From NCBI GenBank assembly GCA_964016885.1, contig OZ024760.1, forward strand, positions 558,001 through 622,000: a stretch of 64,000 nt of DNA, given 5' to 3'. Below, piece by piece: positions 39,200-53,503 of the stretch. A program made the translations under genes and the position numbers. Numbering within the stretch: position 1 is the stretch's first letter; the number at the start of each line of letters is the position of its first letter. The DNA is from Eledone cirrhosa. Taxonomy: Eukaryota. The notes below the pieces were generated by a model that was not told where the DNA came from, made no database searches, and saw nothing but the letters and a program-made list of their open reading frames with translations.

Positions 39200-39318
39200 A
39201 TCTGAGTTCAAATCCCGCCAAGGTTAACTTTGCCTTTCATCCTTACGGGGTAGATAACATAAAGTACCAGCAATGCACTAGGTATTTGCTGGCCTTGTGC
39301 CAAAAGTAGTCACAATTA
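39200..39318 (+). mobile_element. Meta-like SINE, 5'-truncated
   Basis: B box through 3' end. Confidence 0.75.
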
Positions 39319-39437
39319 TATATATATATTTGCTATTTTTGTTGTAGATTTTTATATATTTATATATATATATATATATGTTGTTTTTGTTGTAGATTTT
39401 TATATATTTATATATATATGTTGTTGTTGTAGATTAT

Positions 39438-39545
<108 letters not shown>

Positions 39546-39638
39546 ATGTTGTCGTAGATGTTTATATATTTATATATATTTGTTATAGTTGTTGTTGTAG
39601 TTGTTTATATATTTATATTTATATAGTAGTTGTTTATA

Positions 39639-39874
<236 letters not shown>

Positions 39875-39967
39875 ATGTTGTCGTAGATGTTTATATATTT
39901 ATATATATTTGTTATTGTTGTTGTTGTAGTTGTTTATATATTTATATTTATATAGTAGTTGTTTATA

Positions 39968-40136
<169 letters not shown>

Positions 40137-40424
40137 ATGTATATATATATATATGTTTGTATGTATATATATATATGTTGTTGGTGTTGTTGTAGGTTAT
40201 AATATTTTGATATATATTGCTGTTGTTGTTGTTTTTGTTGTTGTTTATCGGTTTATAGGTGCTCTCGTTACTTAACCGCTAATGTTTCATCTGGGGAGTG
40301 AAATGTGAAATTGGTTTTTAAATATGGGACAATTAATCACATCTTTCCCAGAAATGCACTGATTTTCTGACACACACATACACACATACTCATACACGCA
40401 CACATATATATGTGTGTGTGTGTT

Positions 40425-40502
<78 letters not shown>

Positions 40503-40562
40503 ATATACCTTCACTTCTATCGGATCAAGATTACATGTATATATATATTTATATATATAAAT

Positions 40563-40593
<31 letters not shown>

Positions 40594-40822
40594 GAGAGAT
40601 ATTTATATATATATAAATATTTATATATATATAAATATATAAATATATATATATATATATTTATTTATATATATATATATTTATATATATATATATATAT
40701 ATATTTATTTATATATTTATATATATATATATATTTATTTATATATATATTTATTTATATATATTTATATATTTATATATATATATATATTTATATATAT
40801 ATAAATATTTATATATATATAA

Positions 40823-40876
<54 letters not shown>

Positions 40877-41027
40877 ATAGAGAGAGAGGCTGGGTTGTGA
40901 TGCTTCGAACGAAGAGACCCCTAAACAAGGGAGTACTCAATGTATGGGGAGAATGTGAGTGGGTCTAGAGGTAGGTGACATCCCAAGTACGGCTCCAAGC
41001 AGTTTCATGAAAAACATACATATTTAT

Positions 41028-41077
<50 letters not shown>

Positions 41078-41358
41078 GCATACACACATACATACGTACA
41101 TACATATATACTTATATAAATACATACATGCATACATATATACTTATATATATATACTTATATACATACATATATACTTATATACATACACACGCATACA
41201 TACGTACATACGTACATATGTACATACATACATACGTACATACGTACATATATACATACGTACATACATATATATAAATACATACCTGCAAACTTAAATA
41301 AAAATTGAAATACATACATATATACATATATAAATACCTACATACATACTTATATAAA

Positions 41359-41389
<31 letters not shown>

Positions 41390-42902
41390 CATAAATACAT
41401 ACATTCATACATATATAAATACCTACATTTATACATATACAAATACATACATATATACATATATATAAATACATACATTTATACATATACAAATACATAC
41501 ATATATATACATATATAAATACATACATTTATACATATACAAATACATACATATATATACATATATAAATACATACATTTATACATATACAAATACATAC
41601 ATATATATACATATATAAATACATACATACTGATATAAATACATACATATTTGTATAAATACATACATATATACATAGAAACATGCTTATATAAATACAT
41701 ACATATATACATACAAACATGCTTATATAAAAACATACATATATACAAAATTATATAACGAACAAACACACACACCGACAGAGTCAAGCACACACACACA
41801 CACACACAAAGTCACGCACACACACACACACACACACGTAGTGACGCATACACACATCTAAGTGAGAGTACAGTACAGTATACTATACAGTACACTATAC
41901 AGTTCAGTGAATATACCAAGAGGCAATTAAGAAGTAGTCATGTTTGATAATGATTGCAAATTATTAATTACTTAAAAGGTTATTTAAGAAGACAGCCGAT
42001 CTTTTGAACCGGATCAAATAGTTAATCTTAGAACTAACGTATCTGGCGTTCAGAGTGATTCTATATAGCTTGACACTCTATGAAATATGAATTAAATCAC
42101 CGTTCACTTTGTTATTTATGATTTATCTAGTTAGTTATTTATGTCTCAGTTCATTTATATGTTTTCAGTAGAGCACCCTTTTTATGTATGTTTGTTTATG
42201 TGTATGTATGTATGCATATTTATGTGTAAGTATGTATGTATGTATGTATGTATGTATGTATGTATGTATGTATGTATGTATGTATGTATGTGTGTGTGTG
42301 TGTGTTTATGTGTAAGTATGTATACATGTATGTGTGTGTGTGTTTATGTGTAAGTATGTATACATGTATGTACGTACGTTTGTGTGTATGTATATAGGTA
42401 TATACGTATGTATGCATGGATATATATATGTATGTACGTACGTATATGCGTATGTATGCACACATATATATGTACGTATGTATGCATGGATATATGTATG
42501 TATGGATGGATGTATATAAGTACGTATATATGTTTAGATATATGTTTGTATGTATTATGTATGTACATAGGTCAGGGCATTCTTCTAGGAGGAGGCAACT
42601 CAGGAAACTGGGATAACTCCGACATAAAACCTGCGGCTCAGTAGTTACCGATGATGTTGATCTTTTCTTCTTTTCGGGTTATAGCTACTGTCGCTCAGAG
42701 AGTGGGATTGGCTCAGTGCACAGTTTTCACGCACAGGCATTGTACGAGAGAATTAATCAATAATTATTAATAATGGTATATCGTGCAATGGCCATGCTCG
42801 ATAATGACGGGGCAGTCATCATCATGTATATACGTACGTATGTATGTATGGATATATGTTTGTATGTATGTATCTATGTATGTCATACATACATACATTA
42901 TG

Positions 42903-43330
42903 CCAGGTCGCTTTCGAGTGCTACTGGTAAGATGTAACCCAGTACAACCTATCTCATGGTTGGGTCGTCGGCGACTAAAGTGACAACCCCACCAAGCTTG
43001 CTTGGTGAGGTGGGTGATATTTGGATACCCTGCGGGATGAAATACAAGACCCGGCAAAGGGCGGAGTAACCCATAAGAGTCAACGGCCATCCAAATAGTA
43101 CTTTTCTTTTTCACCTGGGAGTGAAAGGCCCCCAGTTGTTGTCACAACACCTTTCTAAGAGAGGGAAACTCTGAAAAAAAAAACAAATAAACCTTTTGCT
43201 TCGGAAGCATCCGATGATGTTGACCAGTTCTCCTTTTCGGGTAGTGTTTTTGATACTCAGAGAGTGGGATTGGTCGAGTGCAAGGCCTTTACCCACTTAA
43301 AAAACCTTCAAAGCACAGGCATTGCTTGTT
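42903..43330 (+). mobile_element. Diverged relative of the ~610-bp RTE-like element (fragments also at ~42570-42750 and 43720-43917)
   Basis: Collinear similarity to the reverse complement of 6006-6613. Confidence 0.65.
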
Positions 43331-43989
43331 CAGGTTATGTTACAGGGTTGTGTGGCTAGCCGTAGCCTAAAAGTGCACAATTTTCTGTAATCTGAAAAAC
43401 GATGGCAGTACTCTGAGCAGAGTTTGCAGCCATCATGTACGTATATACGTATGTATGCATGGATATATGTATGTATGTTATTAAGTACGTATATATGTAT
43501 GGATATACGTTTGTATGTATGTATGGAAGGGTGGATGTTATCTCCTACGGTTTTTATAGCCGGGGCGGGTGTAAGCCTGAGAATTTACTCTTTATCAAAA
43601 TATGCCAGACGGTTTGCGTTTCCTATAGCCTCTACAACTGAAGCCTGGCTCCTGGCTTTCCTGGCTTTCCTGTGTTCTGACCTGACAAAAGAGGAGGAAA
43701 GTCGATATACTTCTGGACAGGAGAGTCAACGGCCATCCAATAAAGTACTTTTTTGACATCTATCTAGAAGGTCACTCTGATATAAAACCTGCGACATCGT
43801 TTGCATCCAATGATGTAGACCAGTTCTTCTTTTTGGGTAAAAGCATTCGATATTCAGAGAGTAGAATTGGCTCGTGCAAAACCTTTCATCCCTTAAAAAA
43901 GCTTCAAGCACAGGCATATATATATATATATATATATATGATAAAGTAAAATAAATAAGTCAAATGTTTAAAATTTAGCTTCGTTTATT

Positions 43990-44044
43990 ACTGCTATATA
44001 TATTTCGGTGACAGCCATCTTTGGCTGTAACCTCTTCAGGCAGT
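43990..44044 (-). ncRNA. Type I hammerhead ribozyme
   Basis: Minus: actgc-CTGAAGA-ggttacagcca/aaga/tggctgtcacc-GAAA-TATATA-TA-gcagt. Confidence 0.85.
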
Positions 44045-44126
44045 CCGAATTAGTATGGTATAGACAAGTACATATGTTGTTGAGGTGTATAATTTTGTCA
44101 ATACTCTGATATGCCCAGTTCCTGGT

Positions 44127-44194
44127 TGGGTTGTTATTTCACTGAGGAACTGGAATCATATGATTCCAGTTCCTCAGTGAAATAACAACCCAAT
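44127..44194. repeat. Perfect spacerless palindrome
   Basis: tgggttgttatttcactgaggaactggaatcat|atgattccagttcctcagtgaaataacaaccca. Confidence 0.85.
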
Positions 44195-44367
44195 AACAAC
44201 CCTGTCATTTCATTATAATTATATATATATATATATATATATATTAAAATATAAATATTAATAAAATAGATGTTCTTTTGATCAATTACATTTTATTATA
44301 CATATTTCGGTAGTACCTTGATTAAATCTTAACCATTTAACATCTCAGGGTATGTCATGTATCATTA

Positions 44368-44422
44368 TATTTTGTCTGATGAGAACGTACTGTTGTACAT
44401 CCGAAATATGTATAATAAAATG
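44368..44422 (+). ncRNA. Type I hammerhead ribozyme (same family as 31401) in fold-back element ~44240-44470
   Basis: tattttgt-CTGATGA-[gtac/gtac]-GAAA-TATGTA-TA-ataaaatg; inverted arm at 44240-44310. Confidence 0.75.
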
Positions 44423-44461
44423 TAATTGATCAAAAGAACATCTATTTTATTAATATTTATA

Positions 44462-44530
<69 letters not shown>

Positions 44531-44535
<5 letters not shown>

Positions 44536-44625
44536 TAATGAAATGACAGGAGGGTGGATTTGTGTGAATCCTTGAAACTTTTCAAGGATTTACACAAATC
44601 CAGCCGCCTGTCATTTCATTATAAT
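44531..44625. repeat. Imperfect fold-back hairpin next to (TA)n
   Basis: attataatgaaatgacagg..tggattt..ccttgaaa / tttcaagg..aaatcca..cctgtcatttcattataat. Confidence 0.75.
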
Positions 44626-44762
44626 ATTTAACTCCGTACTAGCACCACCAACTACAAAAACAAAGACGGTTGAACTGCTTTACGTTGAGTACTCTCCATA
44701 TTATTACATTGCGATTGACCATACGGAATAGACCAGCTCTGTCCGGTGGTGAACCTCAAACC

Positions 44763-44828
<66 letters not shown>

Positions 44829-44967
44829 CATACATGATATATATATATATTTCTATAAGGATTTTTAAATATCTTAACGGTTTCTGAGAAAATATTTCCA
44901 TGTTCTTCATCATATATATATACTGCTGAGTTGAAATTTATAACTACATCAAACATAACTGCGTGTG

Positions 44968-45032
<65 letters not shown>

Positions 45033-45240
45033 ATGTGTGTGGATGTGTGTGTGTGTATCTGCCTTTGTGTAGGTTTTCCAGTATGTGTATGCGTGTGTGT
45101 ATGGGGGGGGTACCTTTGTATCTGTCTATGTTTACGTGTATATATGTGTCTATATGTGTTTGTGTGGGTGTATCTGTGTATCTGCCTTTGTGTGTGTGTC
45201 TGTATATGTGTGTCTTTGTGTGTGTGTCTGTGTGTGTGTC

Positions 45241-45288
<48 letters not shown>

Positions 45289-45383
45289 TGCATGCCCATG
45301 CTTCTATTTCAATGTTTGTTCTGCTTCGTTGCTTCGGTTTCAAGCATATCCAATAGCGCGTGCTCTGCTGAAAAGATATACAA

Positions 45384-45428
<45 letters not shown>

Positions 45429-45647
45429 AATATATATACATATATATATATACAGTCTTACACACACAAACACACACACACACATATATATATATATAAA
45501 TATACACGCACGCATATATATGTATATATCTATATCTATTTATGTGTGCGCGTGTGTATATATATATATATATATATATATGTAAATATACGTTAGTAAA
45601 TGCATTTATTCATATACATATATATACACACACACACGCACACACAC

Positions 45648-45678
<31 letters not shown>

Positions 45679-45807
45679 CACATATATATGTACATATATA
45701 TATATATATGTACATATATATATATGTACATATATAAACATATATATATATACATACATATATATATATACATACACAAACACATATATATACACACACA
45801 CATATAT

Positions 45808-45844
<37 letters not shown>

Positions 45845-46468
45845 CATATATACAGAGAGAGAGAGGTGGGGGAGAAGATTCACTATCAAAACTCTGCACC
45901 CAGTCTGCGAAGACGTTGTGCTCCATGGTGCGTGTGATGATCAACCAATATTCAAATATCTTGAGTTTGGTATGGCGAGGGTCCTCTGTGAGAAATAAAC
46001 GATGAAACACCAATAACATACTATATCTGTGTGTATATATGAGTGTCTGTGTGTGTGGGGTGGTGGGGGTGGGGGTGTCTGTAGGTGGGAGGGATTGCGT
46101 ATTAATACATATATTTGTGGGAACAAACGAAAGCAAAAGCGCAACCAACACGTCAGACAGAAATGGAGTATTTGTATTAAATGTTTCACAAATCCTGGAC
46201 TACCAGCAGTTTCACGACGGAAACACTTCTATGTCATAGAGCCCATTTCGAGAGTATATATTTATATATATATACATGGTTTCTACAGGACTAGAACTGT
46301 TTCATGCGGGACAAATCATCAGGGATTCCTGATGATTTCTCCCGAATGAAACAGTTCTGTTCCTGTAGAAGCCATTTCTATATTAAATATTTATACTCTG
46401 CTATGTATTGAGTACCTTACTTACTGTGGTTACCCCCGATTGAACCGGGGATAAACATATATATGTAC

Positions 46469-46545
<77 letters not shown>

Positions 46546-46549
<4 letters not shown>

Positions 46550-46918
46550 GAGGTTATATTTAATTTGTTGGGATTCAACAAGCTTAGACATTTTTTTATA
46601 ACTGATATAAAGCGCTCAACAGATTAGTGGAGTAAATATACACTATATTAACAAATGAAAACTATATTTATAAAACCATATTTATTTTATTATACATATT
46701 TCAAGGGCCACCAAGGCAAATTATGGTGCTCTTTCATCATATAAAATACAATACAGATTAGTTTTATAAATAAATATTGACATACCCTGAAAAAAGACAA
46801 CCTTGTATTTTATCAGATGAAAGCGCACCATAATTTCCCTTGGTGGCCCTTGAAATATGTATAATAAAATAAATATGGTTTTATAAATATAGTTTCCATT
46901 TGTTAATATATTGTATAT
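46546..46918. repeat. Fold-back copy of the 11.8-kb hammerhead family with two core-mutated ribozymes
   Basis: 46683-46748(-) has ATGATGA and 46806-46871(+) has CAGATGA; both retain GAAA-TATGTA-TA-ataaaata. Confidence 0.7.
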
Positions 46919-47304
46919 ATATATATATTAGACATTAATTTAACAATGAAAATAATAACAAGGTCAAGTTATTATTTTCATTATTAAATTAATACGTAAT
47001 ATATGACTCTATATCTAAGGAATTAACTCAGCAGAACAGGGAACCTTTCTATGGACTTCACTGAATTACTCGCCATCAGATTCCATTGAGGTCTATCTAC
47101 GGTACGGACCCTACCACCAAGGGTAGACCACATTGAATATATATATATACCCTGGAGTACTGTGTCCTTGGTTTGTATATTTATTATAAAGAGAAATAAT
47201 TTTTTCAGGTTTCCCCTTAAAAATCGGTTTTAGTTTTGTTTTGTTTCCGTTTGTTGTCTTGTCTTTTCTTTGTTAATGTTCTTATATATATATATATATA
47301 TATA

Positions 47305-47434
47305 TAGCGAGGGAAAAGTGGTAAGGAACCAGGTGGACCATAACGCACCAAAGTACTCAATACTTAGGGTAGTAGAGTGGGTAATAGGAGTAAGTAAGAC
47401 CCCGACGGCTGAGCTCAAGCCGTTTCGACGGCTA

Positions 47435-47440
<6 letters not shown>
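47305..47440 (-). repeat. (TA)n-anchored dispersed repeat (copies ~1800-1860, 37690-37750, 55612-55810 with fold-back, 62790-62900)
   Basis: Shared gaccccgacggctgagctc and gaccataacgcacc..tacttagggtagtagagtgg. Confidence 0.7.
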
Positions 47441-47494
<54 letters not shown>

Positions 47495-47583
47495 GAGAGA
47501 GAGATTTCTTTACCCACTCTGCATCCCCCAATGCATTGAGTACTCCCATGAAGTCTTCCAGGTTTTAGCACTGTAAACTTTCT

Positions 47584-47619
<36 letters not shown>

Positions 47620-47873
47620 TATATATATATATATATATATATATTTGTACGTGCGTACGTACAAATATGTTTGCACATATACCTCCCGTTCAGTTTAGTT
47701 CTGAACTTGAAATAAACAAATAAATAAGTATAATGAAGATGGCGATAGATGAAAAGAAAACAAAGTCTAATAAATATGAGGTATTTCTTAAACAAAGCAT
47801 AAAATAAGGCTGTCATCTCGAACATAATTTGTAGACACGTCATTTCTCGTTGTCTTTGTTGATTGTTATCTTA

Positions 47874-47943
<70 letters not shown>

Positions 47944-48213
47944 GGCATGTATGTATGTGTGTATGTGTGTGTATGTGTGTGTATGTGTGTGTGTGTGTGG
48001 ACATGGATGGATGAATGTAAACATATATATGTAAACATGTATAGAAATATAGATATAATATATACATATACATGTATGTATATATGTATATATATTATAT
48101 ATATATATATGTGTATATATATGTGTGTGTGTATATATATATATATGTGCGTGTGTGTGTATGTATATATATATATATATATGTGTGTGTATTTATATAT
48201 ATGTGTGTGCGTG

Positions 48214-48260
<47 letters not shown>

Positions 48261-48263
48261 ACG

Positions 48264-48308
<45 letters not shown>

Positions 48309-48759
48309 ATAGAGAGAGAGAGATGAATGAGGCACCCAGTTAGATAGATAGATGTATTGTTTGTTTTTGTTGCCAAACATGCAATCTTTTGTTTCATATT
48401 TTAGTTCAAGGGAGTGAGGTTTGTTTTATAGTATCTTTAGGTATTTTAAAAATATTATTTTGTTGTTTGCTGGAATTTTGATTCCTGTGATTGTCTTCTT
48501 TTTTAGTTGTTGTGGTTGTTGTTTTTATAAATATAATTTCGTTTCGTCTCCTTTTCATATTACCGTCTCGTTCTCGTGTCCTTTGTGAGTCTTTTAAGCT
48601 TAATGATTCTTACAGAGAGAAGCAACTACAGTGTATTTATGTATAAGTGCTAAATATATGTTTGTGTGTGTGTATATATATATATATACATACATATGTG
48701 TGTGTGTGTGTGTATATACACATACATATCTGTGTGTGTGAGTATATATATATATATAT

Positions 48760-49775
48760 ATATATATACGCACACATAAACATATATGTGCATATATACA
48801 CACACATGTTTATGAATATATATATTTATATATATATATATATATAAATATACATACACACACATACACATATATATGCATATATACACACATATTTATG
48901 AATATATATATTTATATATATATATATATATATAAATATACATACACACACATACACATATATATGCATATATACACACATATTTATGAATATATATATT
49001 TATATATATATATATAAATATATATACACACACATACACATATATATGCATATATATACACACATATTTATGAATATATATATTTATATATATATATAAA
49101 TATACATACACACACATACACATATATATGCATATATATACACACACATATTTATGAATATATATATTTATATATATATATAAATATACATACACAGCAC
49201 ATACACATATATATGCATATATATACACACACATATTTATGAATATATATATTTATATATATATATATAAATATACATACACACACATACACATATATAT
49301 GCATATATATAAACACACATATTTATGAATATATATATTTATATATATATATATAAATATACATACACACGCATTCACATATATATGCATATATATACAC
49401 ACACATATTTATGAATATATATATTTATATATATATATAAATATACATACACACATACACATATATATACATATATATACACACATATTTATGAATATAT
49501 ATATTTATATATATATATATATAAATATACATACACAGCACATACACATATATATGCATATATATACACACACATATTTATGAATATATATATTTATATA
49601 TATATATATAAATATACATACACAGCACATACACATATATATGCATATATATACACACACATATTTATGAATATATATATTTATATATATATATAAATAT
49701 ACATACACACACATACACATATATATGCATATATATACTCACATATACACACACATACACATATTTATGAATATA
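48760..49775. repeat. ~85-bp minisatellite built from TA/CA motifs (about 12 units)
   Basis: Recurrent atttatgaatatatatattt..ataaatatacatacac..atatgcat. Confidence 0.8.
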
Positions 49776-49959
49776 TATATTTCTGGGGCAGATCAAAGAG
49801 CTGAACCGCAAATTGTTGTTGTTTTTGTTATCACTTTTCGTGCTTGTTATTGTTGTTGTTGTTATCGTACTTTTTTTTGTTGTTGTTGTTGTTGTTGTTG
49901 TTTCTTCTTTGTTTTCGTAGTTATTATTATTGTCTTAGTTTTCGTCGTTGTCGTTATTG

Positions 49960-50439
49960 TTGGAGGTGGTGGAGGTGGTGGTGATGGTCATGATGTTGTT
50001 GTTGTTGGTGATGTTTTTGTTGTTGGTGGTGTTGGTGGTGATGTTGTTGGTGAGGATGTTGTTGTTGTTGGTGGTGGTGGTGATGATGTTGTTGTTGTTG
50101 GTGGTGGTGGTGTTGGTGGTGATGTTGTTGTTGTTGTTGGTGGTGGTGGTGTTGTTGTTGGTGGTGGTGGTGGTGTTGATGTTGGTGGTGATGTTGTTGT
50201 TGTTGTTGGTGGTGGTGGTGATGATGTTGTTGTTGGTGGTGGTGGTGGTGGTGTTGGTGGTGGTGGTGGTGGTGATGATGTTGTTGTTGTTGTTGGTGGT
50301 GGTGTTGTTGTTGGTGGTTGTGGTGGTGTTGTTGGTGGTGATGTTGTTGGTGGTGGTGGTGGTGATGTTGTTGTTGGTGGTGATGTTGTTGGTGGTGATG
50401 TTGTTGTTGGTGGTGGTGGTGTTGATGTTGGTGGTGATG

Positions 50440-50471
<32 letters not shown>

Positions 50472-50497
50472 GGTGAGGTTGTTGTTGTTGGTGGTGA

Positions 50498-50528
<31 letters not shown>

Positions 50529-50580
50529 GGTGAGGTTGTTGTTGTTGGTGGTGATGTTGTTGTTGGTGGTGGTGGTGATG

Positions 50581-50612
<32 letters not shown>

Positions 50613-50745
50613 GGTGATATTGTTGTTGTTGGTGGTGGTGGTGATGTTGTTGTTGTTGGTGATGTTGTTGTTGTTGGTGGTGGTGGTGGTGATATTGTTG
50701 GTGGTGTTGGTGGTGTTGGTGGTGTTGTTGTTGTTGGTGGTGATG

Positions 50746-50777
<32 letters not shown>

Positions 50778-51096
50778 GATGTTGTTGTTGGTGGTGGTGG
50801 TGATGTTGTTTTTGTTAGTGGTGGTGGTGATGTTGTTGTTATTGTTGGTGGTGTTGTTGTTGTTGGTGGTGATGTTGTTGTTGTTGGTGGTGATGGTGTT
50901 GTTGTTGTTGTTGGTGGTGGTGGTGTTGTTGTTGTTGTTGTAGGTGGTGGTGGTGGTGGTGATATTGTTGGTGGTGGTGGTGATGGTGGTGATATTGTTG
51001 GTGGTGGTGGTGGTGGTGGTGATGTTGGTGGTGGTGGTGATGTTGTTGTTGTTGTTGGTGGTGGTGGTGATGTTGGTGGTGGTGGTGATGATGTTG
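49960..51096. repeat. (GGT/GTT/GAT)n trinucleotide array
   Basis: Source of spurious Gly/Val and Thr/Asn ORFs. Confidence 0.9.
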
Positions 51097-51357
51097 TACA
51101 ATAAGCCAGGTCAGCTCTGGTGGAACAGATCTACGGTATGTTACACAAATATGTAATTACCTTGTCAGTCGTGAACGACATCTCGATTTTTTTTTTTTTT
51201 TGCAACTTTGGGGCTTTTTTTGTTTGTTTTCTTTTGTTTTCTTTGTTTTTGTTTTGTTTTGTTTTTATTTCGCAGCTTAACACGAAAACGCAAATATCTG
51301 AACAAGAGTTTTATATATGCAAATAGATTCCTGCATTTATTATACATACATATATAC

Positions 51358-51867
51358 ATGGTGGCTGCCAACTCGTTTTCGAGTACGGCCACTACTTTAT
51401 ATCCATGTAGGAGAACCCCTACCGATGCGCTGAACAAGTGTGACTTTTTAGTCCAGCCAGCGACTTGAAAACTCTGGTACAAACACTACACTTGTGACAA
51501 TTATTGACACATAGTGCTGGGCCCATGGTACCATGTGACGATAAGTGCAGAGAGATCTCCAGATATAAAGTAATGCCTGTGCCGTGAAGCTTTTATAGTG
51601 AGCAAAGGCACTGCACAAAGCCAGTCCCAGTCTCTTAACCAAGATGATATTTACCAAAAAGAAGAACAAGTCAACATCATTGGATACCATCAGAGTTGCA
51701 GGTGTTAAATCAGAGTTTTCCTTCTCCTAGAATTCTGCCTTGACAAAAGGCTAAGGGGTCATCTCTCCCGGTGATTTTGGATTTGCCATTGACTCTTAAG
51801 AGCTCCTTTGCCCTTTGACAGGTTGTACTGGGATACATGTTACCAGTAGCGCCAACTGGTGTCCTGA
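51358..51867 (-). mobile_element. ~610-bp RTE-like element, copy 2, with a 101-bp internal deletion
   Basis: Same ends as copy 1; deletion between two GACAGGTT direct repeats. Confidence 0.75.
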
Positions 51868-52062
51868 CATACATATATACATACATACATATATACATAC
51901 ATACATATATACATGCATACATATCTACATACATACATACATACATGCAAACTTACATACGTACATTCATTCAAACACAGATATATACATACATACTTAC
52001 ACACATATATACATACATACATACATACATAACATGCATACAAACATATATGTGTTTGTGTG

Positions 52063-52268
52063 TGGAAGGTCAACTGAAAATCTTTATAGGCTGACCAAGA
52101 TACTCTCATGAAATGACCAAATGGTATTTATTTTTCAACATAGTCTCTGGAAAGAAACACCAAGTAGTTATCAATAAGAAGTGTCGAAATGAATGCATGT
52201 AAGATTTCACAGCACTAGCATCACTGACAGCCAGTCTTCATATGAACCTTTCAGCCGACCCTCGTATA
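52063..52268. mobile_element. Degenerate mariner-type MITE
   Basis: Right end reads TACGAGGGTCGGCTGAAAGGTTCAT on the minus strand; left end gaaggtcaactgaaaatcttta is a decayed inverted copy. Confidence 0.45.
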
Positions 52269-52531
52269 CACTGGGTGGTACATTTTTGCGGCTAGATAGG
52301 CTGAGCCAATGGTTCAAAGCACAGCACAGTACAGGACTGGATCTGACACCCCCTCTACTGGATAGATGGTTCGGTCTCGTAGCTTTGCCGTTGGTTCTTC
52401 TACAGCTGTTGGCTTAGTCTACTTAGCTGTTCAATGAATATCATAATATAATAAAGGGAGAAGTGCGGGACTGCGTCCTGAATATATTTTTTTAATCCCG
52501 TTTGTAAAATAAGTTGGATTACTTTGAATAA

Positions 52532-52722
52532 ATAATTGTTTCTACTTTTGGCACAAGGCCAGCAATTATCCCAGTGTATTACTGGTACTTTATTTTATAG
52601 ACCCCGTAAGGTAAGGATGAAAGGCAAAATTAACCTCGGCGGGATTTGAACTCAGACCATAAAGGGCCGTAACTCTTTGCTGCAAAGCATGGTGTCCGAC
52701 CCTCTACCGATATTGCCAATCC
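52532..52722 (-). mobile_element. Meta-like SINE
   Basis: Family copy. Confidence 0.8.
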
Positions 52723-53318
52723 ATAATGAATGAATATTATGTAATTTATCTATTAAATTTCGTAACTCTTGATTAAATATAAATAATTCTATTGCTTATT
52801 TAAAGATTCACCTTCTTTTAAAATTTTAAAATGTCAATACTTCCGGTTATGATATAATGGACGCTATATTATATCGCTTATATAAACGTTCATATATTTG
52901 CATCGTTATATATTTTCGTCGCTAATTTTCTCCTTTTTCGTTTTCATAAAATTTCACCGTAATGCAGTTTATATATAATATCTTTTTAAAATGTATCATG
53001 GATTACTTTACTGATTACAGAAGAGAGTGTAACACAGTCTTCGGTGAATTTCTATGTATATTCTCAATTACGATATTATTTGACGTATCATATCTACATG
53101 CATGTATATTTGCATATAATATAAATATGCACACTACACATACTAGCAGAAAACTACACGAATGGTGGTTTTTGTGCTAGTTTTTTTAATAGGGTTATAT
53201 TTTTTTAACAAGGACTGGGTCTGACACCCGCTCTACTGGATAAATGGTTCGGTCTCGTAGTTTTTTTCGTTGGTTCTTCTATAACTGTTGGCTCGGTCTA
53301 CTTTGCTGTTAAATTAAT

Positions 53319-53503
53319 TGTTTCTACTTTAGGCACAAGGCCAGCAATTACCCAGTGCATTACTGGTACTTTATTTTATCGACCCCGTAAGGATGAAAGG
53401 CAAAGTCAACCTCGGCGGGATTTGAACTCAGATCGTAAAGGGACGTAACTATGCTGGAAAGCATGGCGTCCGACCCTCTACCGATACTGCCAATCCACCG
53501 CCC
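53319..53503 (-). mobile_element. Full-length tRNA-derived Meta-like SINE with 18-bp target-site duplication
   Basis: A box TGGCAGTATCGG, B box GAGTTCAAATCC; TSD ctttgctgttaaattaat at 53301-53318 and 53504-53521. Confidence 0.92.

Noticed and set aside
49725-51104. 459-aa Gly/Val ORF and 388-aa Thr/Asn antisense ORF
   Set aside because: Trinucleotide low-complexity array open in multiple frames
53319-53503. tRNA gene
   Set aside because: A and B boxes only, no cloverleaf; multi-copy SINE with TSD
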